Origin: Psammoneis japonica
Lineage: Eukaryota
DNA: 64,000 nucleotides
Reading direction: 5' to 3'
Assembly (NCBI GenBank): GCA_008632985.1
Contig: QPGO01000294.1
Span: forward strand, 1 to 64,000
The translations under genes and the position numbers were made by a program. Position 1 is the stretch's first letter, and each line of letters starts with the position of its first letter. This document shows, piece after piece, positions 1-12,794 of this stretch. The notes beneath the pieces were generated by a model, which worked only from the letters and a program-made list of their open reading frames with translations, was not told the origin of the DNA and searched no databases.

Positions 1-1303
1 CAGCACACAGCCAATGTCATTGCCGAGAACACGTTTGCTCAGGTTGACAGCAAAGGCAACCAGTGTTCTGTCTTGCATGAGATGCAGGACCACGAGAGGT
101 GCGACGATGCAGTGTCAATTGCTGACGGTGCCACACGAACCGCTGACGTGAAGGAGAAGAAGAAGATCACAATGAAAGGGTGGAAGTCATTGGTTGGATG
201 GAAGGATGGCAGCTCATCTGGGGTCAAACTCAAAGATCTGAAGGACTCCAGCCCCATTGAAGTTGCTGAGCATGCTGTTGCGAACAGGTTGACGGAGGAA
301 CCTGCTTTTGCTTGGTGGGTCACACATGTCCCACGCAAATGGAATCGCATCATGTCCAAGGTTAAGAAGAAGCACTGGCGCACGACTCACAAGTTTGGGA
401 TCTGATTGCCCAAGTCAGCGGAGGATGCTCTGTGGACAGACCAGGAAACGGGGACAGATCATTGGGCTCGTGCAATCAACAAGGAGATGGCAAAGGCAAA
501 GGTGGCATGGCGCGAGCACGAGGCTGAAACCCCTCAAGTCATCCGGGAAGGCAAGAGTGCAACTTTGCGTGGTTGTCAGGAGATCAGGTGCCACATGGCA
601 TTCGATGTTAAAATGGATTTCACCAGAAAGGCAAGGTTTGCAGCTGGCGGACACACGACAGAGGCTCCGGCATCGACCACTTGTTCTGGCATGGTTTCCA
701 GAGACAGTGTGCAACTTGGACCCTTGTTGGCAGCTTTGAATGGGATCGACATTGCAGCGATTGATCTGGAGAATGCTTGTCTCAATGCACCGTGCGCAGA
801 GAAGATGTGGTTTGAAGGTGGAAAGGAATGCGGCGAGTGTGAAGGAAAGGTGCTTGTCGTCACTTGGGCGTTGTGTGGCTCAAAGAGCTCGGGACACTCG
901 TGGAGGTCTGCACTGTCATCGGTCTTGCGTGACTTGGGCTTTGAATTGACGAGAGCGGATCCAGACGTCTGCTTGCGCGCGGCGACTCGTGAGGACGGGC
1001 ATGAGCATTGTGAAATGCTTTTGGTTTGTGTCGATGACACACTGATCATTTCCCATCAGGGGAAGTCCATTGTTGCTGCAACAGGTGAACACTGTGCCGT
1101 GAAGCCCGGCAGTGAAGGAGAACCGGAAGTTTGTCTTGGGGCTAATGTTGAGAGGGTTCAGACTCAGGATGGGCGCACGATTTGGGCAAGTTCACCGAGA
1201 TCATGTGTCAAATCAGCGATTGAGACTGTGGAAGGCCTGTTGGATGAAGACGGCAATGGAGAGGTTCTGAAGAACAGTGCAAAGGATCCGCCACCCGCAA
1301 AAT
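1..1303 (+). mobile_element. Degenerate Ty1/copia (CoDi-type) pol fragment (post-integrase region and RT); upstream member of a 1429-bp-offset tandem duplication
   Basis: Copia RT motifs FDVKMDFTRKARFAAGGH, DLENA[C]LNA, AL[C]GSKSSG and [C]VDD. Premature TGA at 403-405 (CGA at 1832-1834 in the next copy). Breaks off at ~1303 and restarts at an upstream pol position. Confidence 0.93.
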
Positions 1304-3498
1304 GAGTGACGTGGTGTTGTGACGAAACCTGCAAGAGGACAGGATGGGCGTCCAGTTGGGACTCGGCCTCAAAACCCATTGTTTGACACTCGCGAATGCG
1401 AAGTGGAATGTGCCAACGGAACCACAGATGAGCACACAGCCAACGTCATTGCCGAGAACATGTTTGCTCAGGTTGACAGCAAAGGCAACCAGTGTTCTGT
1501 CTTGCATGAGATGCAGGACCACAAGAGGAGCGACGATGCAGTGTCAATTGCTGACGGTGCCGCACGAACCGCTGACGTGAAGGAGAAGAAGAAGATCACA
1601 ACGAAAGGGTGGAAGTCATTGGTTGGATGGAAGGATGGCAGCTCATCTGGGGTCAAACTCAAAGATCTGAAGGACTCCAGCCCCATTGAAGTTGCTGAGC
1701 ATGCTGTTGCGAACAGGTTGACGGAGGAACCTGCTTTTGCTTGGTGGGTCACACATGTCCCACGCAAACGGAATCGCATCATGTCCAAGGTTAAGAAGAA
1801 GCACTGGCGCACGACTCACAAGTTTGGGATCCGATTGCCCAAGTCAGCGGAGGACGCTCTGTGGACAGACCAGGAAACGGGGACAGATCATTGGGCTCGT
1901 GCAATCAACAAGGAGATGGCAAAGGCAAAGGTGGCATGGCGCGAGCACGAGGCTGAAACCCCTCAAGTCATCCGGGAAGGCAAGAGTGCAACTTTGCGTG
2001 GTTGTCAGGAGATCAGGTGCCACATGGCATTTGATGTTAAAATGGATTTCACCAGAAAGGCAAGGTTTGCAGCTGGCGGACACACGACAGAGGCTCCGGC
2101 ATCGATCACTTGTTCTGGCGTGGTTTCCAGAGACAGTGTGCGACTTGGACCCTTGTTGGCAGCTTTGAATGGGATCGACATTGCAGCGATTGATCTGGAG
2201 AATGCTTGTCTCAATGCACCGTGTGCAGAGAAGATGTGGTTTGAAGGCGGAAAGGAATGCGGCAAGTGTGAAGGAAAGGTGCTTGTCGTCACTTGGGCGT
2301 TGTGTGGCTCAAAGAGCTCGGGACACTCGTGGAGGTCTGCACTGTCATCGGCCTCACGTGACTTGGGCTTCGAATTGACGAGAGCAGATCCAGACGTCTG
2401 CTTGCGTGCGGCGACTCGTGAGGACGGGCATGAGCATTGTGAAATGCTTTTGGTTTGTGTCGATGACACACTGATCATTTCCCATCAGGGGAAGTCCATT
2501 GTTGCTGCAACAGGTGAACACTGTGCCGTGAAGCCCGGCAGTGAAGGAGAACCGGAAGTTTGTCTTGGGGCTAACGTTGAGAGGGTTTAGACTCAGGATG
2601 GGCGCACGATTTGGGCAAGTTCACCAAGATCATGTGTCAAATCGGCGATTGAGACTGTGGAAGGCCTGTTGGATGAAGACGGCAATGGAGAGGTTCTGAA
2701 GAACAGTGCAAAGGATCCGCCACCCCCAAAATGCAAACCAGAGCTGGATGTGACGGACGAGTTGGGCCCCGACTTGGTGGACAGGTGTTTGCAGCTGACA
2801 GGGATTTGTCGTTGGGCGATCGAGTTGGGTCGCATCGACATCTTGCATGAGGTCTCAATCTTGTCTCAATGTCAAGCCAACCCAAGGAAAGGACACCTTG
2901 AGGCATTGTGTCATGTGTTTGCACACATGAAGAAGCACCAGAATGTTGGGCGCATCGGATTTGATCCAAAGGAACCGGTGATTGATGAATCTATTTTTAA
3001 TTTGAACACAGACTGGACCAAGTTTTACGGGGACGTCGAGGAGGAACTGCCACCACGGGCCGAAACCCCGTGGCAACCCGGCAAATGTCTGCGCATTTGT
3101 TGACGCTAACCATGCAGGGAATGTTGTCACTCGCAGGTCGCATGGTGGAATTCTGACATTCGTCAACAATGCACCAGTGGTGTGGTTCAGCAAACATCAG
3201 AGTGCGGCAGAATCAGCAATGTTTGGGAGTGAGTTGGTTGCAATGCGGATTTGCAAGGAATTGGTTGTTGCTTTGCGTCACAAGCTTCGCATGTGGTGTT
3301 GTGAAGAATGTAGAGGCACCCGAGTTGGTTTTGCACAAGAAGCACAATGCCATCAACTGCCATGTTGTGCGAGAGGTGGTCGCAGTGGGAATCATTCGTG
3401 TTGGCAAGGAGGATGTGGAAACAAACTTGGCAGATCAACCCATGAAGGTGGTTGCAGGAGAGCGGCGATGGAAGCTTTGCTCGTGTGTCTTTTGGTGA
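1304..3498 (+). mobile_element. Degenerate Ty1/copia (CoDi-type) pol 3' part: RT and RNase H
   Basis: ORF 1319-2590 has the RT motifs, with a TAG at 2588-2590 and a frameshift near 3060. RNase H motifs are FVDANHAG, FGSELVA, KKHNAIN[C]H and NLAD. Ends CVFW* at 3498. Confidence 0.93.
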
Positions 3499-3661
3499 TG
3501 TCCCGACACCAAGGCCAGGCACCTGTGGCTTGCACCCACATGTCTTGGCCTCCCAAGCCAGCATGTCTGGTGGTTTAATTTGGGTCTTGTGGTTTGCCTC
3601 TCTGTGAGAGGATGTTACATGTTTGGACGAATCGGCATCGTCATTGCCGTTTCGCAGGGAC

Positions 3662-3840
3662 TGAGTAAAAATCTGGATGGAGAGCTGTGCTGCAACTGGT
3701 GATTGGTTGACATGTGTGAGTCGAGTGGTGCTGCAGCGACCCGCTCACAATCTAATCAGGTTCAGGTTCGCATTGACAGTGTTGCTGCTTTCCATCAGAC
3801 GCAAGGTGTCGCACTTGTTCTTTCGTTGCATTGAGATTTG
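3662..3840 (+). repeat. 3' LTR of the copia element (~180 bp)
   Basis: Starts TGAGTAAAAATCTGGATGG just after a short purine-rich GCAGGGAC. Aligns with 34846-35012 and 54744-54919, which precede gag. Confidence 0.8.
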
Positions 3841-3989
3841 TTCGGTTGTTCAAATCTTCGTTGTGCAACGAACAGATTTCTTGCTTGCACCGTGCTCAGA
3901 TGAAAGGAAAGGAATTCGGAGTCTAAAATTTTAAAAATCAAAAACTCCCTCCGACGCGATCAAGAGGTCGCATGAGACGACGTGCGACC

Positions 3990-5303
3990 ATGATGGGAAT
4001 GAGAGAGTTTGACATCATTGTGTGCGGTGCAACAGGCTTCACGGGTGAGAAGGTTGCCAAGCACATCAAAGAATCCACTGAGCACAAACTAGCGATCTCT
4101 GGGCATTCTCGAGAAAAAGTTGGAGCAAGTCGCAACAGCGATTGGCCTCTCGCAAGACGCTGTCTTGGTGGCTCCAGTCGATGATCTGGATGCCCTGAAG
4201 GGTGCATTGGCAAAGGTTCGGGTTGTTCTTTCTTGTGCTGGACTGCATCGTCACGTTGGAATTGAAGTTGGCCATGCTGCAGTCGAAACCAAGATGGATT
4301 GCCTTGGTTTGCGTGGGGAACCGCAGTTCTTCTGTTGGTTCAGCACGATGGTGCTGCTCGTGCAGCTGATGCACTGATTGTGAGTGCACGCGCATTTGAT
4401 TGTGTTCCAGCAGAGCTCTCTGCTGCCTTTGCTGCAAGAGAGCTCAGTCGTTGCTTTTGTTCTGCGCCATTGACTGGAATCGAAATTGTTCATGCTTTTC
4501 ATGGTGTTGCGTGTGGAAACCCAACAACATTTCATGCAGCTGTCTGTGGCTTTCATGCTGCCATGAATGGCGAGCTCAAGCAAAGTCGTCAAGCTGTTGA
4601 AGAAAAATTCAAAGTGCAGAAACCACCTCCAAGACCAGAGGACTGGCCGAAGGCACCAGCAGCACCTGATGCCATCCCACAGCATCACGAAGCCACCAAC
4701 ACCTGCACTGTCAACTTCATGGGTGCAGATGCTGCAGCAATGTTGGCCTCCGACAGGTGCCTTCGTTTGCGGATTCCGTCCCAACATGCGGACACACCTC
4801 AACCTCGGCTAGCCATGAGCATTGGACAAAAGGAGAAATCACACGCACTGCAGCTGTTGGCATTTGGGTCTGCATTTTCGTTTCTAGCCAGATTTGGCTG
4901 GGGCTGCAAGGTTCTTCATGACCATCCAGAATCATTTTCGGGTGGTTTCTTCCGACAAGGGGGGCCAACAGAAGAGGAGCTTGCCAGCGCACACTTTTCA
5001 ACTTTCACTGCAGCACGCGGCAGGAGCGAAAAGGACTGTGTCACAGTCAAGCACCATGGACCAGAGCCGGGTTGCGCAGCAACTCCACAAATGATTGTCG
5101 CACTGGCAACAACTTTGCCAGAGCATCGTGACAAGCTTTCCTTCAAGGGCGGCATTGTGCCACCGGCAGCTTTGTTTGGTCAATGTGATGAAGTCTGCCG
5201 GCAGCTGAGGAAGCATGCTGTCAAGTTTGAGACTGCAGAGAGCTCGGCAGAACCTTCCGTCACAAGTGATGCCGCCAGGATTTGCTCGAATGCAGACATC
5301 TAG
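3990..5303 (+). pseudogene. Saccharopine dehydrogenase-like oxidoreductase (SCCPDH family) pseudogene
   Basis: Rossmann motif FDIIV[C]GATGFTG, plus VLSCAG, GEPQF, AFDCVPAEL and GPEPG[C]AATP, spread over three frames. Tyr positions are replaced by Cys/His. Confidence 0.85.
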
Positions 5304-8300
5304 CCTCAGTTCTACAGCCCTCATCTGCTCACCGCGTGCGATGAAACTTGCATCAGTTTCGCTCTCCGATGCCGATGTGCAACACTTTGTCACGAAAGCA
5401 AAGACACGTGCAATGCCAGCTGTTGACTGGACACAAGTTGATCATCAAGACGACAAGCTGAGAGAACCAGTCGTTTTTGCACCTGCACCAGTGGCCTGCC
5501 CCAAAACCGACGGAGCAGTTTGATGACTGAAAAAGGCAACGGTTTGGCTCTGCAGCAAATGAGTGTCACTGTTGAGGAGTCTTGGATGTTTGATTCGTGG
5601 GAACTTTTCACAAGCGTCGTCAGGAGGCGCAACGTGATTTGAAAGAATGCGAGAATCGACAATGTGCTTCTTCGAATCAGGCAGAGTCTGCGCAGAGCTG
5701 TTGCTGCTTGAGGTCATCAGATTCAAGCTGACCTGCATGAAAGGACAAAAGAAGGGTGTCTTTGAGGTTGCGGACCGTGGCGGATGGGTGGCGAGAGACG
5801 ACATTTAAGAAACATTCAGTTGCCTCCCTCAGCATGAGATTGATCTCACTCCATGCAGGGGGGCATGGCATTTGGACAATCCAAACATGCCGGTTTGTGC
5901 CGTCAAGAAATGTTCGCGTTGTGGTGCAAAAATGCTTGGGACAAAGAGATTTGGTCTGAAAATGAAGACAGTGGCAAGCGAAATTGACTTGCATGAATCT
6001 CACGAACAAGACTTGCCGCAGCGTCAGTCGTCGTCGCGGTGCTGTTTTCTTTGGTGGGGAATTTCAGCCACTGCCTCCCACAACACCTGCATCATTGCCT
6101 CCGTGTTCCCGTCTGCATCCGATGCACGTGTTGGGCTGCAAGGAAAACCCATTGAAAATGTCTTTGAGAGCAGTTGTTCCACAAGGCAACGGAACTCAAG
6201 CGACTCAATCACACCCATGCATCCAAAGTGGACAACACAACATTGCGGAATTCGATGAAGGCAAGGAAGATGTGAAGGAGTCGCTTCAAGATGCTGTTGC
6301 AAACACCAAGCAAGTCAAGAATGGAAGTGGTTTCAAAAGTTGGGAAAGCTTGAAGATGCACTTTGCATTGGCGCGAACTGACTTGTTGCTGCAGTGCTGT
6401 TCCACTGGACCTTTCCGCCTCCTTGGCAGCAGCACGCGATTTCTTTGTTGTTCGTGACACTCTCCACTGCAGGGCCACTGGAGCCAGCTCTAGCTGCTAG
6501 AGCAGAGGACAGAGCCACAACACTGCTTCTAACACCATCCACTCTAGAGAGATCGCCTTCAAGAGATTCGTGTTCTCAGCCCCAAAATGAAATGATCTCA
6601 TTGGGCAAACGACGTCCATGCGGCTCTCAAACTGACATCATCGCTGATGCATTTGCTTGAAGCACATGAACAAATGTGGAAGATTGACGGCCAAAGCTAA
6701 ACACATGACAGTGGAGAGGCATTGCATGTGGAGAGGCAACGACGGTCGCGCCTTCGTAGTGTTTTGGAACCTGGTGCATCGGATGGACTCTGTTGGGACT
6801 GACGCAGGTTCTTGTGGCAAACTTGAGCATTGCTGCGAATGCAAACCGATCACGCTACAGACGAGGAATGTGTGGGAGGCAAACTGCACTCATTGTCCTC
6901 TCTTGCTTTGGCATCAAAAGCTGTTCTCGACGTTGGAAATCTTGGTTTCTCTGTCACTTGAAGGGCACACAAGGTCAGAATGCGAGCGCTTGAAACTGAC
7001 AAAAGCAAATGCCATGTCTTGGAGAGCGCACTCGGGTCGACCATGTGAAATGTAAAACCACTGTTGCATGAATCTCGATGGCTCTTGAGGGGCTGTTTCA
7101 GCTGCCAGAGCAACTGTCAAGGCTTGGAGAGTCGCCTCGTCTGCAGGAGTGCCGCGAGAGAGATGTTTCTAATGGGGAACACGTCAAGCGCAACAACCGC
7201 CAACAGTCAGAGACACCTGCATCATAAAAACTTCGTCTCATGTTTGGATTTGATGAAAATTGGATGTCCGCATCATGTTCCGAGTGACTCGAATGAGAGA
7301 GGCTTGGAGGACTCGAGAAAAAACGCTTGTCGACCCGACTCGACACTTTGACATGTTGCAAACGACATGGGATGACCACAATGGCGAGCCTTGAGAATGC
7401 CACAGTCCTGTCATTGTCGCCAGCAATCGTAGATGGGACTGCAAGTGACATGTGGATTCCCCTTTTTGCATTTCTTCATTCATGTTCATCTGTCAAAAAA
7501 CAGAAATCAAAATCTGAAAAAGAGTGTGAGTTACAAAGTGTGACTCAGCGAGACGGTCACAATCGCAAACGCAACAAAACAGATCTTCAAACGCTGTGGG
7601 ACATGGAGAATGCAGCTGACATGACGGGCCGGCGACCCACAGGAGTGTCAAGCCTGTGGGGGTTCAGACATGAGATGCTCAATGAGCAACTCAAGCAGTC
7701 TGAACCACCTTACAACCTTCACAAAAAAGGCTGCCCTTCGGGGCATCAAGCACACCATCTTGGTCCACGACGTTGACAGGCGTTCAGCGTGAATTCAAAG
7801 AAAGAAAGCAGAGGCTGGCCCTCCTCTGACAGAGCCAGTGCATCGCAGTGCACTCGAAAGCACACTGGCTGGCTCTCACCACTGCCGCATTGGACATTTA
7901 CAAGCATTCAGCACACACGCAAGAAGCGAGTTTGCTGGCAATCGTGGTGTGTCTCCGTCGGAACCACGGACTGCTTTGACAGGCAATCGTCATTTCGCCT
8001 CGAACCGACTTCCAAAGATGTGCGCAATCAAATGCACAGAGGAAAACCATCAAGGACCCAAGCCTTCAGGTCCACATGGCAATCGTGTGCGGACGACATT
8101 CAATGACTCAACTCCAGCAGATCTAACTCGCAACGAGAACAAGACAATTGACTCGCCGTCGGCAGAGAACTGATGCAACCATGACAATCAAGAGAGCAAT
8201 GTGTTTCAAAAGGTCGAATGGCGTTTTTTGTGTGCTCCGTGCAACAATGAGGAAAGTGATTCAGATTTCACTTGTCCCGAGCCTTGACGCTTGACGTTTC

Positions 8301-8480
8301 GAATTTTTTTGAAATTGTGGCGGGAAAACCAACGGCTTCTTTTGCTGTCACATTTTGTGTGAAACTCATGCGAACACCGATGACGTCTGCCAAACGGAGA
8401 ATCTTTTGAGCTCCGAACTCCAAGATTTCCTTCCATCTGCCACATCCGCAGCACATGCCACATCAAGCATCACATTCATT

Positions 8481-8501
8481 TTGTTGTTGCAGTTGTTGTT
8501 G

Positions 8502-8553
<52 letters not shown>

Positions 8554-8566
8554 AGTTGCAGTTGCA
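8481..8566. repeat. (CTG/TTG)n trinucleotide microsatellite
   Basis: Directly visible; the paralog at 44704-44792 has a different CTG/TTG arrangement. Confidence 0.95.
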
Positions 8567-8699
8567 TTCGTCCTTGTCTGTTTTTCAATGACATTGAACC
8601 CAACACTCAACAGCATGACGACTGGAGCCCCCAAAGACAGCGGGCTGTCTCCAACAAAAGAAAAGGAGGAGGAAAATGATTCGCGAAGGCTTCCCCGCG

Positions 8700-9520
8700 T
8701 TGCTTCGTGCCGACGGCATGTGGTTTGGGTCCTCTGATTGAGGGTGCTGTCAGCAGCTGGTTGTCATTCGACCTCAGTTTGAGGGTGCCGCAGCTTTGAA
8801 CTGTGAGGATGATTGGGATTGGCGACACGGACAAGACCTGCAAGGCATTCTTGGAGCTTGCAGAATTGCCGCTCGGCATGCTGCGGGTTGGCCCCGACGC
8901 ATGGAGCCAGGCATTCACGCCGGACCAGGATGGCATTTCGAATGATCTCCTTTCCTTGTGCTGTCGACTCTGCCCGCAGTGTCACAAACGACAAAAATCT
9001 CATTCGCCTTGCCGCAGAAGCGTTGCTGCATTGTTTTGCCTTGTGCGCAGAGATTGGTGCTCCTGGGACACTTCCAGAAATTCTACGGGGGCATTTTCAA
9101 GTCAAGAGTGCACCGGACCGCTTTGCCCAGAAGGACCTTGTAACTGCAGGTTTCATCAAAATTGGACGCTTGAGCCATTCGCAGTGGTGGGCGGATGAAC
9201 GAGGACACCAGAGGCCAGTCGAGCTTCCCACTGTTCCACTGAAAAACATGGTTGAGGTGCTGACCAAGTGGGACACCCATGCAAGCAACCCCACAGTCAT
9301 TGATCAACGTGGTGAAAGCTTGCTCTTTGATGGATCTGATGAAACCCTTTGCGAGTGCCGTCACCGAAGCGTGTTGACCTGTTCCGAAACAATGTCTCGA
9401 CCACTGATGTTTCTGGCACCCTTCATTGGTGAAGAAACAGCGCTGAACCCACTCTGGTTGCTTGTGACCAAGGTGCAAAAAAGAACAAGCGAGGCCGAGG
9501 AACATTGGCAATGGCGCGGC
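8700..9520 (+). pseudogene. AhpC/TSA (peroxiredoxin-like, algal/cyanobacterial type) pseudogene
   Basis: Motifs IGIGD, CAEIGAPGTLPEILRG[H]F, G[H]QRPVEL..V.LKNMVEVLTKWDT[H], QRG..LLFD and MSRPL.FL; frameshifted. Boundaries approximate. Confidence 0.7.
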
Positions 9521-10129
9521 ATTGCACAAGCGTGGGTTAAAGTGAGTGCGTCGTTTTGCCAAATTTAGAATCTTGCGATCTCTGAACGCCAAGATTTCCT
9601 TCCCTCCGACACCACCACGCTTCACTGACAGAGCCTGCGACACTTCACATGCATGCCACATGATGCTGCCACATGCAACATCATGCTCAACAGTGACAAC
9701 AACAGGAACAAACAACGCAACAACAATGTCGTCGCTTCCAAGAGCAGAAGAAGCAATGCGGTGTGTTCGTACGACAAACAAACGCCACCACACAAATGAA
9801 GAGACAAGTCGAGTGCTGATGCTGCAGACTGTGTTCAGAAGTGGCAGCATTGACGATGAAGCCACCCTCGTTGACCTGAAGTCTTGACTGGACTCGACTC
9901 CGCTTGCTCTCGTGGTGGCTGTGACATCCTTTGGTGGACCCAGATGCAAATCTCTCCTCAACGATTTGCCTTTGCTCAAAAAGACTACGCCAGCGGTTCT
10001 GCTTGCTGTGGTTCTGCCCCGTCAAACCCCAAATTTTGATTTTACATGCCGATCGAATTGGGCTTGAATGAGATGCCGTGTCTGTCGCAAGCATTCGCGC
10101 CAATCTTCAAGAGATCAGCAGCAGTGATG

Positions 10130-10790
10130 GAGGGGGCTGCTGTCCCTTTTAGCACCAGCAACACCAAGAATCCTTCCGTGTGCTGTCCTGACAGTTCATT
10201 GGATCCCAATTCCTCTCCCACCAACCCCTTGGATGTGCTGCAATTGGTGCAACAATGGGCCACACGCTGAAACAAATCACCAAGGCGTCAACGGATTCCA
10301 ATTTGGGTCTGGGTTGCGGCTTGCGGCAATGCCACGAGCTTTGCCAGCCTGCTTGAGAATGAGGCAGTTCTCTGTTTGTGAAGTGGCGCTGGAGTCTGTT
10401 GCTTTTTGGCTGCCGACGTTGTGGGACCGTCCTGCACTTTCATTGAAGTGTCGACATGAAACCCCACATGTTTTACAAGTCACGAACTCACGCCAACAAG
10501 AAGAAGACGACCAATGTCGAATTCTGTTTGGGAGCGATGGAACACCTTCCCGCAGCCGACGGCCCGGTGGATTGTGCTGTGAGCAATTGCGTCATCGATC
10601 TCAATCCTGACAAGCCGCAGGTGTCTCGAGAAATGCACCACATTCTCAAACGGGGTGGTCGCATTGCCGTGTCAGACATCGTGATTCGCCCTGAAAAGAT
10701 CACACCCAACACCCCATTTTGCTTCAAGACGGCCAAAGCGATGACATGCATTCTCCCCGCAACTTGTGCGGACGAAGCCTTTCGATCCAT
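10130..10790 (+). pseudogene. Arsenite methyltransferase (ArsM/AS3MT-like) pseudogene
   Basis: SNLGLGCG near 10300, decayed SAM motif VLCL*SGAGVCCFLAA.VVGP, and NVEF.LG..EHLP.AD..VDC.VSNCVI.L.PDKPQV.RE...ILK.GGRIAVSDIV. Confidence 0.85.
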
Positions 10791-10859
10791 GTGGGCAGAG
10801 TTTGAATGGGAAATGAGGTGACCATTCCAACGTTGGTTCCCAACACTCGGCAGCTCGTG

Positions 10860-11560
10860 ATGACGATGATGCCAACACCACTTCTTGTTGAACCACTCGC
10901 ATGCGCGAGAGATCTGCGGCCACGTGCCTCGAAAGCCAGAGGTTACCTCAACGACACCATCATCGGTGAATTTTTCCTTTTGCTGTCCCTGTGGGCAAAG
11001 AAGCACCATTTGGAGCTTCCCAAGCAATGCCACTTTGTCAGCTCATGCTTTTTGCCAACACTTGTGCAGGATGGGCGCGTCAAGAATGGCAATGTTTGTT
11101 GTCAACTGAAGAAGTCACCGGGCAAGGGGGTGTTCGAATGCGACCGCCTGTTGGTGCCGATCAACAAGAGCAATGTCCACTGGGCTCTGTTGGTTGTCGA
11201 TTTCGAAGCTCACGTAATCGCAGGGTGTGATTCATGCGGAAATCCATGAAAGTCGTACGCCAAGAAGCTGTTGGAGTTCGTCGAGCAGGAACATCGTTTC
11301 CAATGCAACAACGAGAGCCTTCCGTCCGACTGGTCCATTGTCGAGAGTTGTCACATCCCCAAGCAGGCTAACGGATTTGATTGCGGTGTGTTCGTCAGCA
11401 TGTGTGCCTGCTGTTTGTCCTTGGGATGTGATGTCCTCGAAGGACACTTTGACCAGGACAAGATTCTGGGTCCATCCGGGGACTTCGGCCGTGCCAAGAT
11501 TTGTTCTGCCATCCTTCAGGGGCAGGTGGAGCAAAGGGTTTTTATGCAGTCCATGCAATG
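10860..11560 (+). pseudogene. Ulp1/SENP (C48) peptidase pseudogene
   Basis: YLNDTII, LLVPINKSNVHWALLVVD, [C]DS and IPKQANGFDCGVF give the His-Asp-Cys triad; frameshift near 11250. Confidence 0.88.
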
Positions 11561-12794
11561 CAGCAGAATTTTCCTTGGTCATGCGCATCTTGTGATCAAA
11601 TTTTCTTTTGCGTGTGCAGATTGATGGCATGAGAAAACAGACCAGGCGATGAACACGCCAACAAAGTGCCCATCTTGAAATGGATCTGCTTCTTGCCGGA
11701 GCCAGTCACCATGAGGCGACGAGATGCTTGACAAGAAAGTGCTCCATCTCTTTTCGGATTCAAGCTGCGCTTTCATCCTGCCTCCAAGTGCTTGGCAAGC
11801 TGCAGCTGTGTTTGCTGCCACACCTCCCTGTTCAGCGTTTTCAATCAAAAGAAAAAAGAGAGGAGGGCCAGTTCGTGGCAGTGAATGCCAGCCAGCAGAG
11901 AGAGGTGCTGCTCTGCCAATCTGGAATTCGGCTCGCCCGCATGTCATTTGCGACATGAGCACCTCCAATGAAGAACGGCAATCCATGTTGTCCATCCAAC
12001 TCACAGTGGCAACCACCAAGGAAGAGACTGGTGCAAGGCAAACAGGGATGACACCGTGCTTGATTGCGCCATTGGGGGTGCTGGTCTTTGCAATTGAGTT
12101 GTGGCGTCTCGATTTTCTCGGGCGGGACACAGGGCGTTCCTCTTGGATGCAGGCACTGATTCCAGATTGTGATTGCAGCACAACGCGAGTCTCAGTTGTT
12201 TGGCCAATGTCGACGGAAGATGTTGAGATTTGGCGGCACTTTGCTTTTTCCAATTCCAACGCAGTCCTGTGCCCTCTAGCGACTGCTGTTGGAGGGCATG
12301 CTTGTTGCTGCGGGCAGCAACAACAGGTTGGCCGAGTGTGGTCAACCGTCAACAGGAATCTCCATGGGACGGTGTCGCCAGCAACCGGGACACTTGCGCC
12401 AATGGCACCCACAGCATGTGTGGATGCAAACTCTGGTGGATGCAAACGACTCGTTGGAAATCATTTTGGCTCTTGGGAAACAAAGCCGCACATCTCGCAT
12501 CCACAGCATCTCGTTGCCATCGGCGCTCAAGTCGTGTCGATCGTCACAGTCGTCACATTGGTGCGGGTGTTCTTTCTGCCAACACGGCATCATTGCGTCG
12601 CTTCTTGGACCGTGCAGTGCCGCAGGACATTCGATCAGAACATCCAACGACGACACCATGCAATGCACATCAACACATGAAATGTCGTTGTTGCTGCAAG
12701 TGAAGCAGAAATCATTCAGCATCTAGCACAACTTGCCGACTGCAGTGTGCTTGCCGATCATTCTTCTTTCTTCTGCGTTGTCAATTTGAAGTTG

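Noticed and set aside
1319..2590. Alternative genetic code (Cys/His codons read as Tyr)
   Set aside because: The same site varies between TGT and CAT among copies, non-coding MITEs are affected too, and the island gene uses TAY normally.
8355..8679. Poly-Leu, poly-Cys or poly-Gln proteins
   Set aside because: Translations of a CTG microsatellite with no supporting domain.
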